This document shows positions 21,255 through 30,140 of a stretch of 64,000 bases of DNA, piece after piece. The number at the start of each line of letters is the position of its first letter. The stretch's first letter is position 1. The position numbers and the translations under genes were made by a program. Under the pieces are notes generated by a model. That model saw only the letters and a program-made list of their open reading frames with translations. It had not been told where the DNA came from and did not search any database. Source of the DNA: Candidatus Saccharimonadota bacterium (GTDB taxonomy: Bacteria > Patescibacteriota > Saccharimonadia > Saccharimonadales > Saccharimonadaceae). Location: assembly GCA_027492465.1 (NCBI GenBank), contig JAPUET010000009.1:15687-79686 (forward strand). Direction: 5' to 3'.

Positions 21255-24200
21255 ATGACTAAGGTTGATGATCCAAGAAATATTCAGGCAGCCTATGATG
21301 ATTTAGGCAATCCAGCCCAAGAGTATCGAGCCGATAGTTACGGGACGATGACACCAGGGGAACGAGCAAAATTAGACCAAATAGATGCCGGAGAACGTGA
21401 TCGATCGGCAAACGAAGTCGTACGCGACGGCGAACAGCCGAGCAACGCATGGATCGACAACACTAAACCCAACGATGGAATAAAAAAAGGTACTGACGGA
21501 ATTCCAATGAGCCGCGGTGCAGTTATAAAACTCCTTGTAAAGCGAGGCGGTCCTGTAGGTCTAGTGATTGCCCTGCTAGTATTCGCGGCGGGATTCTTTG
21601 GCGGACCAGCAACACTATTTTTAAGCCTAAAAGAAAACCTCACTATTAATTGGGACCAGCAGAACTTTACCGCCGAGAGACGATCGCAGCGAATACTTGC
21701 TAAGCGTTTAGGTAACGATGGTACGACCGGTAAGTGTGGTGCAATAAAGTTTGCTTGCCGGTACGAAAAACCTTCGACGCGGCAATTAAACAGCTTAGAT
21801 GAAGCTGGCATTAAGGCGCTTCGAAAAGATGGCTCGATTATTTCTAAACAAAAAATTATTAATGGCGAGCGCCCAGCTTATTACTATTTCGGGGAGGTTA
21901 CCGATGAGGCGGGGATTAAAAAAATTGTCTCTTCTAAAACTGCCCTGCAGCAGAAACTAGTTCCTGCAAGTGGGTTTTTGAAAGAGTTGCGCTCTAACGC
22001 CGATTTTAGAAGTGCATTTAGGCGTGCTTACAATCCTCGATGGGTGAATTTTGTAGATAGTAAGGCCTTAAGCTTTTTGCAAAGTCTTGGGATTTCAAAA
22101 TCTGTTAATAAAGCAGTCTCCGAAGCAGTCGATGCCGATGCGGCACAAAAAGCAATCCAAGAAATTGCCGATGGAAAGTCAAGCGCCCTTGGAGATGACG
22201 CTGAAAAGGCAGTAAAAGAGATGGTCGAAAAAGAATCAAAGTCATTCGCCGCATCAACCGCTAAACAGATATCAAAGGCAGATGATTCGCTTATGTGGGC
22301 CGTCGCGCTTTGTGCCGGCACCAAGGTGCCTGGTGTTTATACAACGGTATTCAGAAATTATAGAACTGCCCAAATGGGAGCGGCAGTGTTTTCTAGCGTT
22401 TTAACACCGACCGACGCAATTAAAGCGAATAAGGGAACCCCTAAAATGGCGGAAAATATTGGCAACTTACTGACAAAAAAGGATGTTAATGGTAAAACGG
22501 CCATGGATTCCGGTGCTATTAAATATGGCATGCTTGGCGATCGTGCCGCAGCCCGGCAATCGACGACGCTGAAAAAATATATACCTGGATATACAGGCAA
22601 CTCATTGCTGAATTACGCGGCCTCGTTTGGAAATAATGGTGCTGTCAAGAACACTTGCAGCGCCCTAACGAGCGGCGAGGCTCAAATTGCCGCTTTGTCG
22701 ATCGATGCCGTACGAGCGTCTAATCCGGCTGGCTGGCTATCGCTTGCTCTGGGGGTGGGAGTCGAACTTCTATCTAGAACGGGAGCACTTGACGCTATAC
22801 TTACTCAAATGATCTCTGGGGCCATGAGCGCGATTAATGGTATGGTCGACTGGAAGAGTGTCCTTGGAATGATGGCAGGTGACTTTATGAAAGACGCCGA
22901 AGGCGAACAGTTTGGCGATATGGTCGGTGTCACTGCGGCAGTACTAGGAAACCTTGCAAACCAAGCCGGCAATATACCATTGACAGCGAGCCAAAAAGCC
23001 GCCTTTGACAACGATGTTGCAACCCCTACAAAACTTGCGTGGGCCGAGGAAGATAGGCTAACGCATAGTCCATTTGACGCCTCAAATCCAAACACTTTTA
23101 TGGGTTCAATTTTTTCGAAATTTGTTGGAACGTACGGTATCGCCCCTTCTATTACGAACATTCTCTCGGGCTCTTTGTCACTCATGGGAGCATTTCCAAG
23201 AGCGTTCTTTGCGCCCGCCCACGCCACATCATCAACTGCCGAAGATTGGAGAAATCAGTGCCCAAGCGATGGCGACTATGCTATCGCGAATGCGGATGTG
23301 GCGGCCGGTCCACTGTGCGATGTACAGTACGCAGTACCAGCAAAATATATCAATCTCGACCCTGTTGAGGTTGCGACAAGTCTATATACTTCTCACCAGA
23401 TTGATGCCGAGGGAGAAGTGGTAAGTAATAGTGATCTTGCTAACTATATCGCTCAGTGCAATACCAGTAATACCTACTCTCTGGATGAGTGTAAGATTAA
23501 TGATAGTGATTCGAAAGAAGCGAAAGTCACGACAAGTCTATATACTTCTCACCAGATTGATGCCGAGGGAGAAGTGGTAAGTAATAGTGATCTTGCTAAC
23601 TATATCGCTCAGTGCAATACCAGTAATACCTACTCTCTGGATGAGTGTAAGATTAATGATAGTGATTCGAAAGAAGCGAAACAAAGAAAAGCTTATTTTG
23701 CAGCATATAATGACTCGAAAGAAGACGAGAAAAAAGCCTATTACGCCCTATACCAGATTGATAAACGTACAATTGACGGAATGGATAACGACCCGCCCAC
23801 ACCTGGTGGTGGCGACGGGGGTGATGGCAGTGGTGATGGTAGCGGTACTACCGAAGATACCGGGCCCTGCTTTACACCAGGCACGATAAATATGGGTATT
23901 TACGACAATGCACACGATGCCGGCAAAAAAACTTCTGTCCGTATATGCGCGGTAACCAACCTTTCGGCACCCGGCTATAAAGGTAGCCCGTATTACAGTA
24001 GCATCAAAGCCGAAAACCCTGCCGAGCAATCGCAAGCCGAAGGTAAGGCACTCGTCAATGCACGTGCATCGGCCGCAGCCTATAAAATGGTAGATGATGC
24101 TAAAAAAGATGGCGTAGACCTCAACCTTGGCGGCTATTTTGCCTTTCGTACATACGAACACCAAGTAGCGTTACGCAAGCAATGGTGTGCTAAAGGAAAT

Positions 24201-24395
24201 TGTGACGGTGCGGCCGAACCCGGTACCTCCAACCATGAAATGGGGCTAGCCATAGACTTTAATCTCCCAGGCACCAATAAAAGCGCTGTAAGAAATGCTA
24301 GTAAAGAACTGCAGTGGCTGCGCGCCAACGCCGGTAAGTATAGTTTTAAGGAAACCGTCAGTAGTGAGGATTGGCACTGGGCATATCGACCATGA
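21255..24395 (+). CDS. large membrane-anchored T4SS-associated protein with C-terminal M15 (VanY-like) peptidase domain
   Basis: 1046-aa ORF. One TM (GLVIALLVFAAGFFGGPATLFLSL), a large exported region, a Gly/Asp linker (GGGDGGDGSGDGSG), and a C-terminal zinc peptidase signature SNHEMGLAIDF (H-x6-D) plus EDWHWAY (E-x-x-H). Confidence 0.85.
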   Translation: MTKVDDPRNIQAAYDDLGNPAQEYRADSYGTMTPGERAKLDQIDAGERDRSANEVVRDGEQPSNAWIDNTKPNDGIKKGTDGIPMSRGAVIKLLVKRGGPVGLVIALLVFAAGFFGGPATLFLSLKENLTINWDQQNFTAERRSQRILAKRLGNDGTTGKCGAIKFACRYEKPSTRQLNSLDEAGIKALRKDGSIISKQKIINGERPAYYYFGEVTDEAGIKKIVSSKTALQQKLVPASGFLKELRSNADFRSAFRRAYNPRWVNFVDSKALSFLQSLGISKSVNKAVSEAVDADAAQKAIQEIADGKSSALGDDAEKAVKEMVEKESKSFAASTAKQISKADDSLMWAVALCAGTKVPGVYTTVFRNYRTAQMGAAVFSSVLTPTDAIKANKGTPKMAENIGNLLTKKDVNGKTAMDSGAIKYGMLGDRAAARQSTTLKKYIPGYTGNSLLNYAASFGNNGAVKNTCSALTSGEAQIAALSIDAVRASNPAGWLSLALGVGVELLSRTGALDAILTQMISGAMSAINGMVDWKSVLGMMAGDFMKDAEGEQFGDMVGVTAAVLGNLANQAGNIPLTASQKAAFDNDVATPTKLAWAEEDRLTHSPFDASNPNTFMGSIFSKFVGTYGIAPSITNILSGSLSLMGAFPRAFFAPAHATSSTAEDWRNQCPSDGDYAIANADVAAGPLCDVQYAVPAKYINLDPVEVATSLYTSHQIDAEGEVVSNSDLANYIAQCNTSNTYSLDECKINDSDSKEAKVTTSLYTSHQIDAEGEVVSNSDLANYIAQCNTSNTYSLDECKINDSDSKEAKQRKAYFAAYNDSKEDEKKAYYALYQIDKRTIDGMDNDPPTPGGGDGGDGSGDGSGTTEDTGPCFTPGTINMGIYDNAHDAGKKTSVRICAVTNLSAPGYKGSPYYSSIKAENPAEQSQAEGKALVNARASAAAYKMVDDAKKDGVDLNLGGYFAFRTYEHQVALRKQWCAKGNCDGAAEPGTSNHEMGLAIDFNLPGTNKSAVRNASKELQWLRANAGKYSFKETVSSEDWHWAYRP
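23374..23681 (+). repeat. perfect in-frame tandem duplication (unit 156 bp = 52 aa, two copies)
   Basis: 23374-23525 is identical to 23530-23681 (152 of 156 nt per unit; only the 4-nt junction differs). Encodes TSLYTSHQIDAEGEVVSNSDLANYIAQCNTSNTYSLDECKINDSDSKEAK twice. Confidence 0.95.
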
Positions 24396-26377
24396 TAAAG
24401 CATATATTCAAAAAACTACTATTATATACCGTAGCCGTCACGCTATTCGTGCAGGCAGTGGCGCCACCGGTACTCGCCAAGGATGGCTATGACCCCAAAT
24501 TTTACTCTGGTAATGATATTCTATACTACGACCCACGCGACCAGTGTATTCACGGTGGAGATAGCAGTACTCCTAGCGCATCAATACCAACTAGCACCGA
24601 CTTAAATGAAAATCTTAAGAATATATTTCTTTACTTTAAAAATAAAGGGTTAAGTAACGTCCAAGCTGCGGGTATCATAGGTAATATATCTCAAGAATCT
24701 GGCGGCGATCCCACACTACTGCAGGGTGGAAAAAAACTCAAAGATCCGAGCTCACTTGGTACGGCCGTAGGCATTGGTAAAGCGTGGGGACTTATTCAGT
24801 GGGATGCCGGCGGCCGTGCTGTAGAATACGCAAAAAAGGCAGGGATAAGCGGCGCTATCTACGAAATGGGGACACAGCTCGACCTGATCTACTGGCATAT
24901 GAGCGTAGAGTCGCCAACCAGCCATAAGAATATGCTCCAGGACTGGAAGGGCGACGATGCGACAGACGTCAAAAAGGCGACGCTGTACTTTGAGCATACT
25001 ATGGAGGGCGCCGGTAGGCCAATGATGGCGAACCGTTACGCTGCCGCTGAGGCTGCGTTGAAAAAATTTGGCAGCCTAGAGGGAAATCCAGACCTTGGCC
25101 CTGCCGAAAATGCCTGCACCTGCACGCCGTCATTACCAAAAAAGGGCGACAACACCATAGTCCTCGACCCAGGACACACCGCGAAAGGTAAAGGTGAACG
25201 CGACAGCGAAACCGGCCTATGGATAGGTGAATACTCAAACGGACAAGAAGATAAGGATGCTTGGGAAGTTGCTAATAAAGTAAAGGCGAAGCTCAGCGAG
25301 GATGGCTATACGGTTATTCTGACAAAGTCGGCCGTTGATAGCTACACCAACCTCAAATTACGTGCCGAGGTTGCCAACAAAGCCAATGCAGCTCTAGCCA
25401 TCAGTATCCACACCACTGCCGGTAAGTTTACCGATTCTAGCACCGCGCGCAGTAACCCGAACTGGGCTACGCCACAAAGAATGAATGGCTGGCGCGAAGG
25501 TACAAAAGGCCGCGTTACCTTTACTAACCACGAACTGGCCGATAAAAGCGCCGAGTATGCTAAGAAGATAGCCGAAGCGCGCGCTAAAGCTATCGGTGGT
25601 AAAGCCGTAGTGACAACGACTCTGTTCAATGAAGGGAACTTCGACCGCGGCGGCAATATGTCTAAGGGTAATATCGCTATAAATCAGCTATTTGCGAAGG
25701 TTCCGTGGGTCTATAACGAAGCAGGACAGAGCGGGCTTAATCTCGATCAGTACGCCGATGGGTTAATTGAGGGTATCAAAGCCGCCGTACCCCTAGTTCC
25801 GACCTCGTCGCCAACTGATGCAACCCAAGATGACCCCCAGCCGGGCGGTTGCGCAGATGATGGCATTGCCGATACAAGCAGTCTGGCAGCCACTATTCGG
25901 TCGTACACTTGGCCCGACTATAAAGGACGCGGATATACGAAAGCCAAGCCGGCTTATACAGAAGCAACCAAAGTGGCAGCCAAAGCCAATCTTTACATCG
26001 GTAATAACGGTATCGACTGCGGTGGCTATATAACACGACTCATGCAAAATAGTGGACTCGATAAGGACTACAATAATCTTCCGGGTCTAAAAGGCCCTAC
26101 AGATGTACAGCGACAATACCTAATAAAAAGTGGTAAGTACACTAAACTCAACCCTAAAGACACAAGTGAACTACGATTGGGCGATATTGCTATAACTACC
26201 AGCAAAGGGCACACCTACATGTGGGTGGGTAGTCTAGAAGGTATTAACTCTAAGAGCGTTTCCGCATCGAATGGTAGTCGCGCACCTATGGCTGACGAAG
26301 CCTACTATGCAAGGCTGGGTATCAAAACGGACGGACTTAGCTATGAATGGTATCGCCTAAAACAGGCTGCTACATAG
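24392..26377 (+). CDS. secreted three-domain peptidoglycan hydrolase (lysozyme-like + MurNAc-L-Ala amidase + NlpC/P60-like)
   Basis: The ORF track starts at a TTG at 24371. I prefer the ATG at 24392, which overlaps the upstream stop (ATGA). Signal peptide present. Domain 1: AAGIIGNISQESGGDP...WGLIQWDAGGR (phage-tail-lysozyme-like). Domain 2: IVLDPGHTAKG...AISIHTTAG (Amidase_3-like). Domain 3: GIDCGGYITRL...GHTYMWVG (Cys/His NlpC/P60-like). Confidence 0.85.
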   Translation: MIKHIFKKLLLYTVAVTLFVQAVAPPVLAKDGYDPKFYSGNDILYYDPRDQCIHGGDSSTPSASIPTSTDLNENLKNIFLYFKNKGLSNVQAAGIIGNISQESGGDPTLLQGGKKLKDPSSLGTAVGIGKAWGLIQWDAGGRAVEYAKKAGISGAIYEMGTQLDLIYWHMSVESPTSHKNMLQDWKGDDATDVKKATLYFEHTMEGAGRPMMANRYAAAEAALKKFGSLEGNPDLGPAENACTCTPSLPKKGDNTIVLDPGHTAKGKGERDSETGLWIGEYSNGQEDKDAWEVANKVKAKLSEDGYTVILTKSAVDSYTNLKLRAEVANKANAALAISIHTTAGKFTDSSTARSNPNWATPQRMNGWREGTKGRVTFTNHELADKSAEYAKKIAEARAKAIGGKAVVTTTLFNEGNFDRGGNMSKGNIAINQLFAKVPWVYNEAGQSGLNLDQYADGLIEGIKAAVPLVPTSSPTDATQDDPQPGGCADDGIADTSSLAATIRSYTWPDYKGRGYTKAKPAYTEATKVAAKANLYIGNNGIDCGGYITRLMQNSGLDKDYNNLPGLKGPTDVQRQYLIKSGKYTKLNPKDTSELRLGDIAITTSKGHTYMWVGSLEGINSKSVSASNGSRAPMADEAYYARLGIKTDGLSYEWYRLKQAAT

Positions 26378-26386
26378 GAGGATCAT

Positions 26387-27031
26387 ATGGATAAACGTGT
26401 AAAAATTATTATTACAGCATTCGTCGCTATCACCCTAGGACTCATCGTATGGGCGATAGTAGACAACGTGAATCGCATCGGTAAACTTGCGGTCACCGTA
26501 GAAGTTTACCCCAAGGACGCTAAGGTATCTGTAGATGGTGAACGTATATCTAGTGGTCAGCACTATATTACTCCTGGTAAGCACACTTTCACTGCTTCAC
26601 GTAGCGGTTTTGCCGACGCCAAACAAGACGTTACGATATCTGAGGATATCACCTACGCTGGGCTCGTCTTGCAGCCGCAATCCGACGAGGCTAAAAAGTT
26701 TGTTGAAGACGACCCCAATAGCCTCGATATTGAAGCAATTACCGGTAAAATGTTCACTAATGAGGGGATAGAGGTAGTAGGCAACTACCCAGTCATTGGA
26801 AAGCTACCATATTACGACCTCACTGCGCCATTTTCGATAGATTACGGCCAAGATGAAAAAACCCCCGACCGCCCGTATATTGTTATCAGCTATTCGGTAG
26901 CTAACAGCCGACCACTGGCACTAAAGTGGTTATACGAGAATAATAATGGTAGCCTAAGTAACCTTGATATACGATTTAAAGATGAGTCGCGCATACAATC
27001 CGAGCAGTATAGGGGTCAATCTAATGAATAA
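26387..27031 (+). CDS. bitopic membrane protein with PEGA-like domain
   Basis: 214-aa ORF with SD GGAGGA. N-terminal TM (IIITAFVAITLGLIVWAIV), then VEVYPKDAKVSVDGERISSGQHYITPGKHTFTASRSGFADAKQDVTI (PEGA-like beta domain). Confidence 0.7.
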   Translation: MDKRVKIIITAFVAITLGLIVWAIVDNVNRIGKLAVTVEVYPKDAKVSVDGERISSGQHYITPGKHTFTASRSGFADAKQDVTISEDITYAGLVLQPQSDEAKKFVEDDPNSLDIEAITGKMFTNEGIEVVGNYPVIGKLPYYDLTAPFSIDYGQDEKTPDRPYIVISYSVANSRPLALKWLYENNNGSLSNLDIRFKDESRIQSEQYRGQSNE

Positions 27032-27695
27032 TCGCAATAGAAAACTTTTTTTCCTACTAGTAGGCATTGTTGCTATAGTCGCCATAGCGCTTTATGTTGT
27101 ATGGCAATTTTACGCCAATAGTAGACATGTCACAATTACGTACAACAATATATCATCGGTACGGCTTGTCGAGGTTGAGCACGAACGGGAGGTGGGTGAG
27201 GTGTCGGGTGTTGGTGCTATTTCATCCGGCAGCACTATCACTATAGATAAGCATAAGCAATATGTCCTTAATTATACCGGCAATAAAGGGTACGAATCGG
27301 GACAAGTACCTATTAATGAAGATGATACAGAGATCACTATTAATCCCGATTACTCTAAAGATAATAAAAAGTCGCTCATTGATGAGCGCAGGCCCATGCT
27401 AGACGAGGTAATACGAAACGGGTTTGCTGATTATGAACTGTACAATATAGAACGTGGTGTATTATACAACAAAGATAGCTGGTATTTTACAAAACTTACC
27501 TACAAAGACACTGAAGATGAGATTAATTCTGACACGTTAATTGTTGGTCTACAAAAGGAGCCTTCAGGGAGCTATAAGATGATATTAAAGCCATACGTAT
27601 ACTTCAGTAAACTCATGTACCCGAATGTTGCAGATGATGTACTTGATATCGCTAATCGATACGCCGTGGGATTGGACGGCGAGCTAGAAGAGTAG
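27024..27695 (+). CDS. bitopic membrane protein, unknown function (last gene of T4SS operon)
   Basis: The ORF track gives 26964..27695. I prefer the ATG at 27024 (MNNRNRKLFFLLVGIVAIVAIALYV), which overlaps the upstream gene by 8 nt. The exported domain is about 190 aa. Confidence 0.65.
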   Translation: MNNRNRKLFFLLVGIVAIVAIALYVVWQFYANSRHVTITYNNISSVRLVEVEHEREVGEVSGVGAISSGSTITIDKHKQYVLNYTGNKGYESGQVPINEDDTEITINPDYSKDNKKSLIDERRPMLDEVIRNGFADYELYNIERGVLYNKDSWYFTKLTYKDTEDEINSDTLIVGLQKEPSGSYKMILKPYVYFSKLMYPNVADDVLDIANRYAVGLDGELEE

Positions 27696-27712
27696 AGCTG
27701 CCAGTGAGCGTA

Positions 27713-28756
27713 CTAATCGATTCGTATGGTACGCATTGCCGCATTGGTAATTGTATCGGTAACGCTAACACTTGTCATAATTACCTGGTTGTCATGAAAT
27801 TCTGCCAGTAGACGTTTTTGCCGCGCTTCGTCCAATTCGCTGAACACATCGTCTAACAGTATAATTGGCTTACTTTCGGTGCGTTCGGCGATTAGTGCGG
27901 CCTCAACAAACTTAAGGGCCAGCGTAACAGTGCGCAGCTCACCGCGCGAACCAGTTTCGTTGGCCGGTGAATCATTAAAAAATATCGCGAGGTCATGACG
28001 GTGCGGGCCAACACTCGTGCTACCAACAATACGGTCGCGCTCATAGTTATGCTCAAGCTCTGTAAGCAACTGCTGCGAGCTGAGCGGCGTAGTGCGTGTA
28101 TACTGCAGTGTCACCGTATCGCTTGTCGGTGCGATGGTACGGTAAGTGGCCTCGGTATATTCATTTAGATGCTCTACTAGTGATTGGCGCGCCTGAGTAA
28201 TCTCGGCACCGTAGCGGCTAAGTGCAATATTCCATGCGAATAACTCATCTTTTGTATGACCCGGCCGCTTTAATAACTTATTGCGCTGTAGCAAGGCACG
28301 CTCGTAGCGGCTGATAATAGTAGAGTACTGCGGGTAATACTGTGCGATAATTGTGTCCATATAGCGGCGACGGCGCGACGGACTGCCGGTTATCATCAAT
28401 AGGTCATCCGGCTCGAACAACACCACAGGATATTTATCATGTGCAGGCATGCGGACATGCTGCTTACCATCTATAGTATGGGTTTTCTTTTTGCGCTCAG
28501 TACGTACATCATAAACAGTAGTGCGATCACCGGCAGTAGTGTGTACATCTATCCGATACCATTCATTCTGGCGGCGTAATATTGCATCATCCGAATCTTT
28601 AAACGATTTACCGCGCAGGGCAATATATATTGCCTCTAACAATGTCGTCTTGCCGCTACCATTTTTGCCAATAATTAAAGTGATATTGCTATCAAACTGC
28701 ACCTGCGTAGACTCGTGCGTGCGCACATTTTTTACCGAAAGCGCCGTCACCCTCAT
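27713..28756 (-). CDS. recF: DNA replication and repair protein RecF
   Basis: Start chosen at MRVTALSVKNVRTHE (28756), just after the dnaN stop. Walker A GKNGSGKTTLLEAIY, signature-like GSRGELRTVTLALKF, Walker B ILLDDVFSELD. Confidence 0.92.
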   Translation of the reverse strand: MRVTALSVKNVRTHESTQVQFDSNITLIIGKNGSGKTTLLEAIYIALRGKSFKDSDDAILRRQNEWYRIDVHTTAGDRTTVYDVRTERKKKTHTIDGKQHVRMPAHDKYPVVLFEPDDLLMITGSPSRRRRYMDTIIAQYYPQYSTIISRYERALLQRNKLLKRPGHTKDELFAWNIALSRYGAEITQARQSLVEHLNEYTEATYRTIAPTSDTVTLQYTRTTPLSSQQLLTELEHNYERDRIVGSTSVGPHRHDLAIFFNDSPANETGSRGELRTVTLALKFVEAALIAERTESKPIILLDDVFSELDEARQKRLLAEFHDNQVIMTSVSVTDTITNAAMRTIRID

Positions 28757-28761
28757 AGCTA

Positions 28762-29862
28762 CTAGCTCTTTAGCGGCATGATAATATGTGTATAGTTCGG
28801 CGACTTCTCCACTGTCGTCAGCACACACGGACTCAGTTTACCACTGAAGCGGAACTGTATCATATCGGCATCCAACACTCCGAGCGCATCGCTGATATAA
28901 CGCGAGTTTAATGTCACCTGACCGCTTGCCGTCACCGTGGCATCAGCGCTACTGGTATTTTCACCTAATTCGCTCGCGATACTATGAATACTAAGCGTTT
29001 TCGCATCGGCGTCGGCGTTAAGAGTCACACTACCTCCTGAATCACGTGCAAATAGCCCAGCCACCTTCACGATGCGGGCAAACTCATCGGTTTTGAGTGT
29101 AACCACTGTCTCAGACTCATTTGGGATGAGTTGACGATAGTCGGGATAACTGCCATCGATAAGACGACTGGTTATTTCAGCTTCACCAACCCTAAAACGT
29201 ACCTGCGTATCGTCAAATAAGACTTCAATCTCTTCAATTCCATCACTAAGCGTCCGCAATACCTCATTAAGGCTTGAGGCAGGAACAATCGCCTGAATAG
29301 TGCTTTTTGTCTTCATGAGTCGGCGTTCAGCGAGACGATATCCATCCGTTCCGGCTAAATATAGATCGCCATCTATCGAATGCCAGTAAACACCGGTCAA
29401 GACTGGGCGCGATGTATCGCTACTACTTGCAATTACCGTTTGATTCACCGATTGCTTAAAGTCTGTCGCTGCAATTTTATAAATGACGGCTTCTTTCTCG
29501 TCAATTGAAGGTAATTCCGGAAACTCAGTAGCTTCTACGCCGCTCATAATTGACGAGAACTTCCCGGATGAGAGTGTCATTGAAGTACCCTTTGCAACAA
29601 TATCGATCGTCCCCTTTGGAAGACTAGCGATAAATTCCGCTACGAGGCGAGCGGGAAGGGTGAGTTCACCTTGTTTAGTGACTTTTGCGCCAATATAGCA
29701 GGTAGTAGCAATTTCTAGGTTTGTTGCTGCGACAAGTAGTCGATTGCCTTCGGTTCGAAGCAAGATATTACTCAAAATTGGTAGAGTTGCACGACTACTT
29801 GCTACTCGTCCAACTACGGTAAGTGCTCGAGTAAGATTTTCTTGGGTGACTGACAGTTCCAT
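28762..29862 (-). CDS. dnaN: DNA polymerase III beta sliding clamp
   Basis: 366-aa ORF in the conserved dnaA-dnaN-recF order. N-terminus MELSVTQENLTRAL...LPILSNILL and C-terminus ..YTHIIMPLKS are typical of DnaN. Confidence 0.93.
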   Translation of the reverse strand: MELSVTQENLTRALTVVGRVASSRATLPILSNILLRTEGNRLLVAATNLEIATTCYIGAKVTKQGELTLPARLVAEFIASLPKGTIDIVAKGTSMTLSSGKFSSIMSGVEATEFPELPSIDEKEAVIYKIAATDFKQSVNQTVIASSSDTSRPVLTGVYWHSIDGDLYLAGTDGYRLAERRLMKTKSTIQAIVPASSLNEVLRTLSDGIEEIEVLFDDTQVRFRVGEAEITSRLIDGSYPDYRQLIPNESETVVTLKTDEFARIVKVAGLFARDSGGSVTLNADADAKTLSIHSIASELGENTSSADATVTASGQVTLNSRYISDALGVLDADMIQFRFSGKLSPCVLTTVEKSPNYTHIIMPLKS

Positions 29863-30140
29863 AATAGTATTATCCTTTTTTAAATGAATTGGTTGTGATG
29901 ATTATAGGTACTGTGGAAAGTGGGGATAGTTGGGAGTGCAACAGAGACAAAAGTGCAGTACGGGCTGTGGAAATGAGTGTCGATAGATGAGTGGACTCAG
30001 TGAGGGAAAGTCGAGTAATTATCCACGTATATTCAGACGGCTGACGGCGGGTAGTAAAAAATGGGGAAGAGTGAGCACATTTTTTACCCGCATCTTTTCG
30101 CAGGTTTTGCACGAAATTTCCACAGATCAATTGAGTAAGG

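Noticed and set aside
5686-27695. Interpreting the T4SS cluster as an integrative conjugative element inserted at the tRNA genes
   Set aside because: There is no integrase, relaxase, T4CP, or replication/partition genes. No direct repeat of a tRNA 3' end was seen on either side. Housekeeping genes (comF, Hsp20 gene) are interspersed. There is no obvious compositional break by eye, but composition was not computed.
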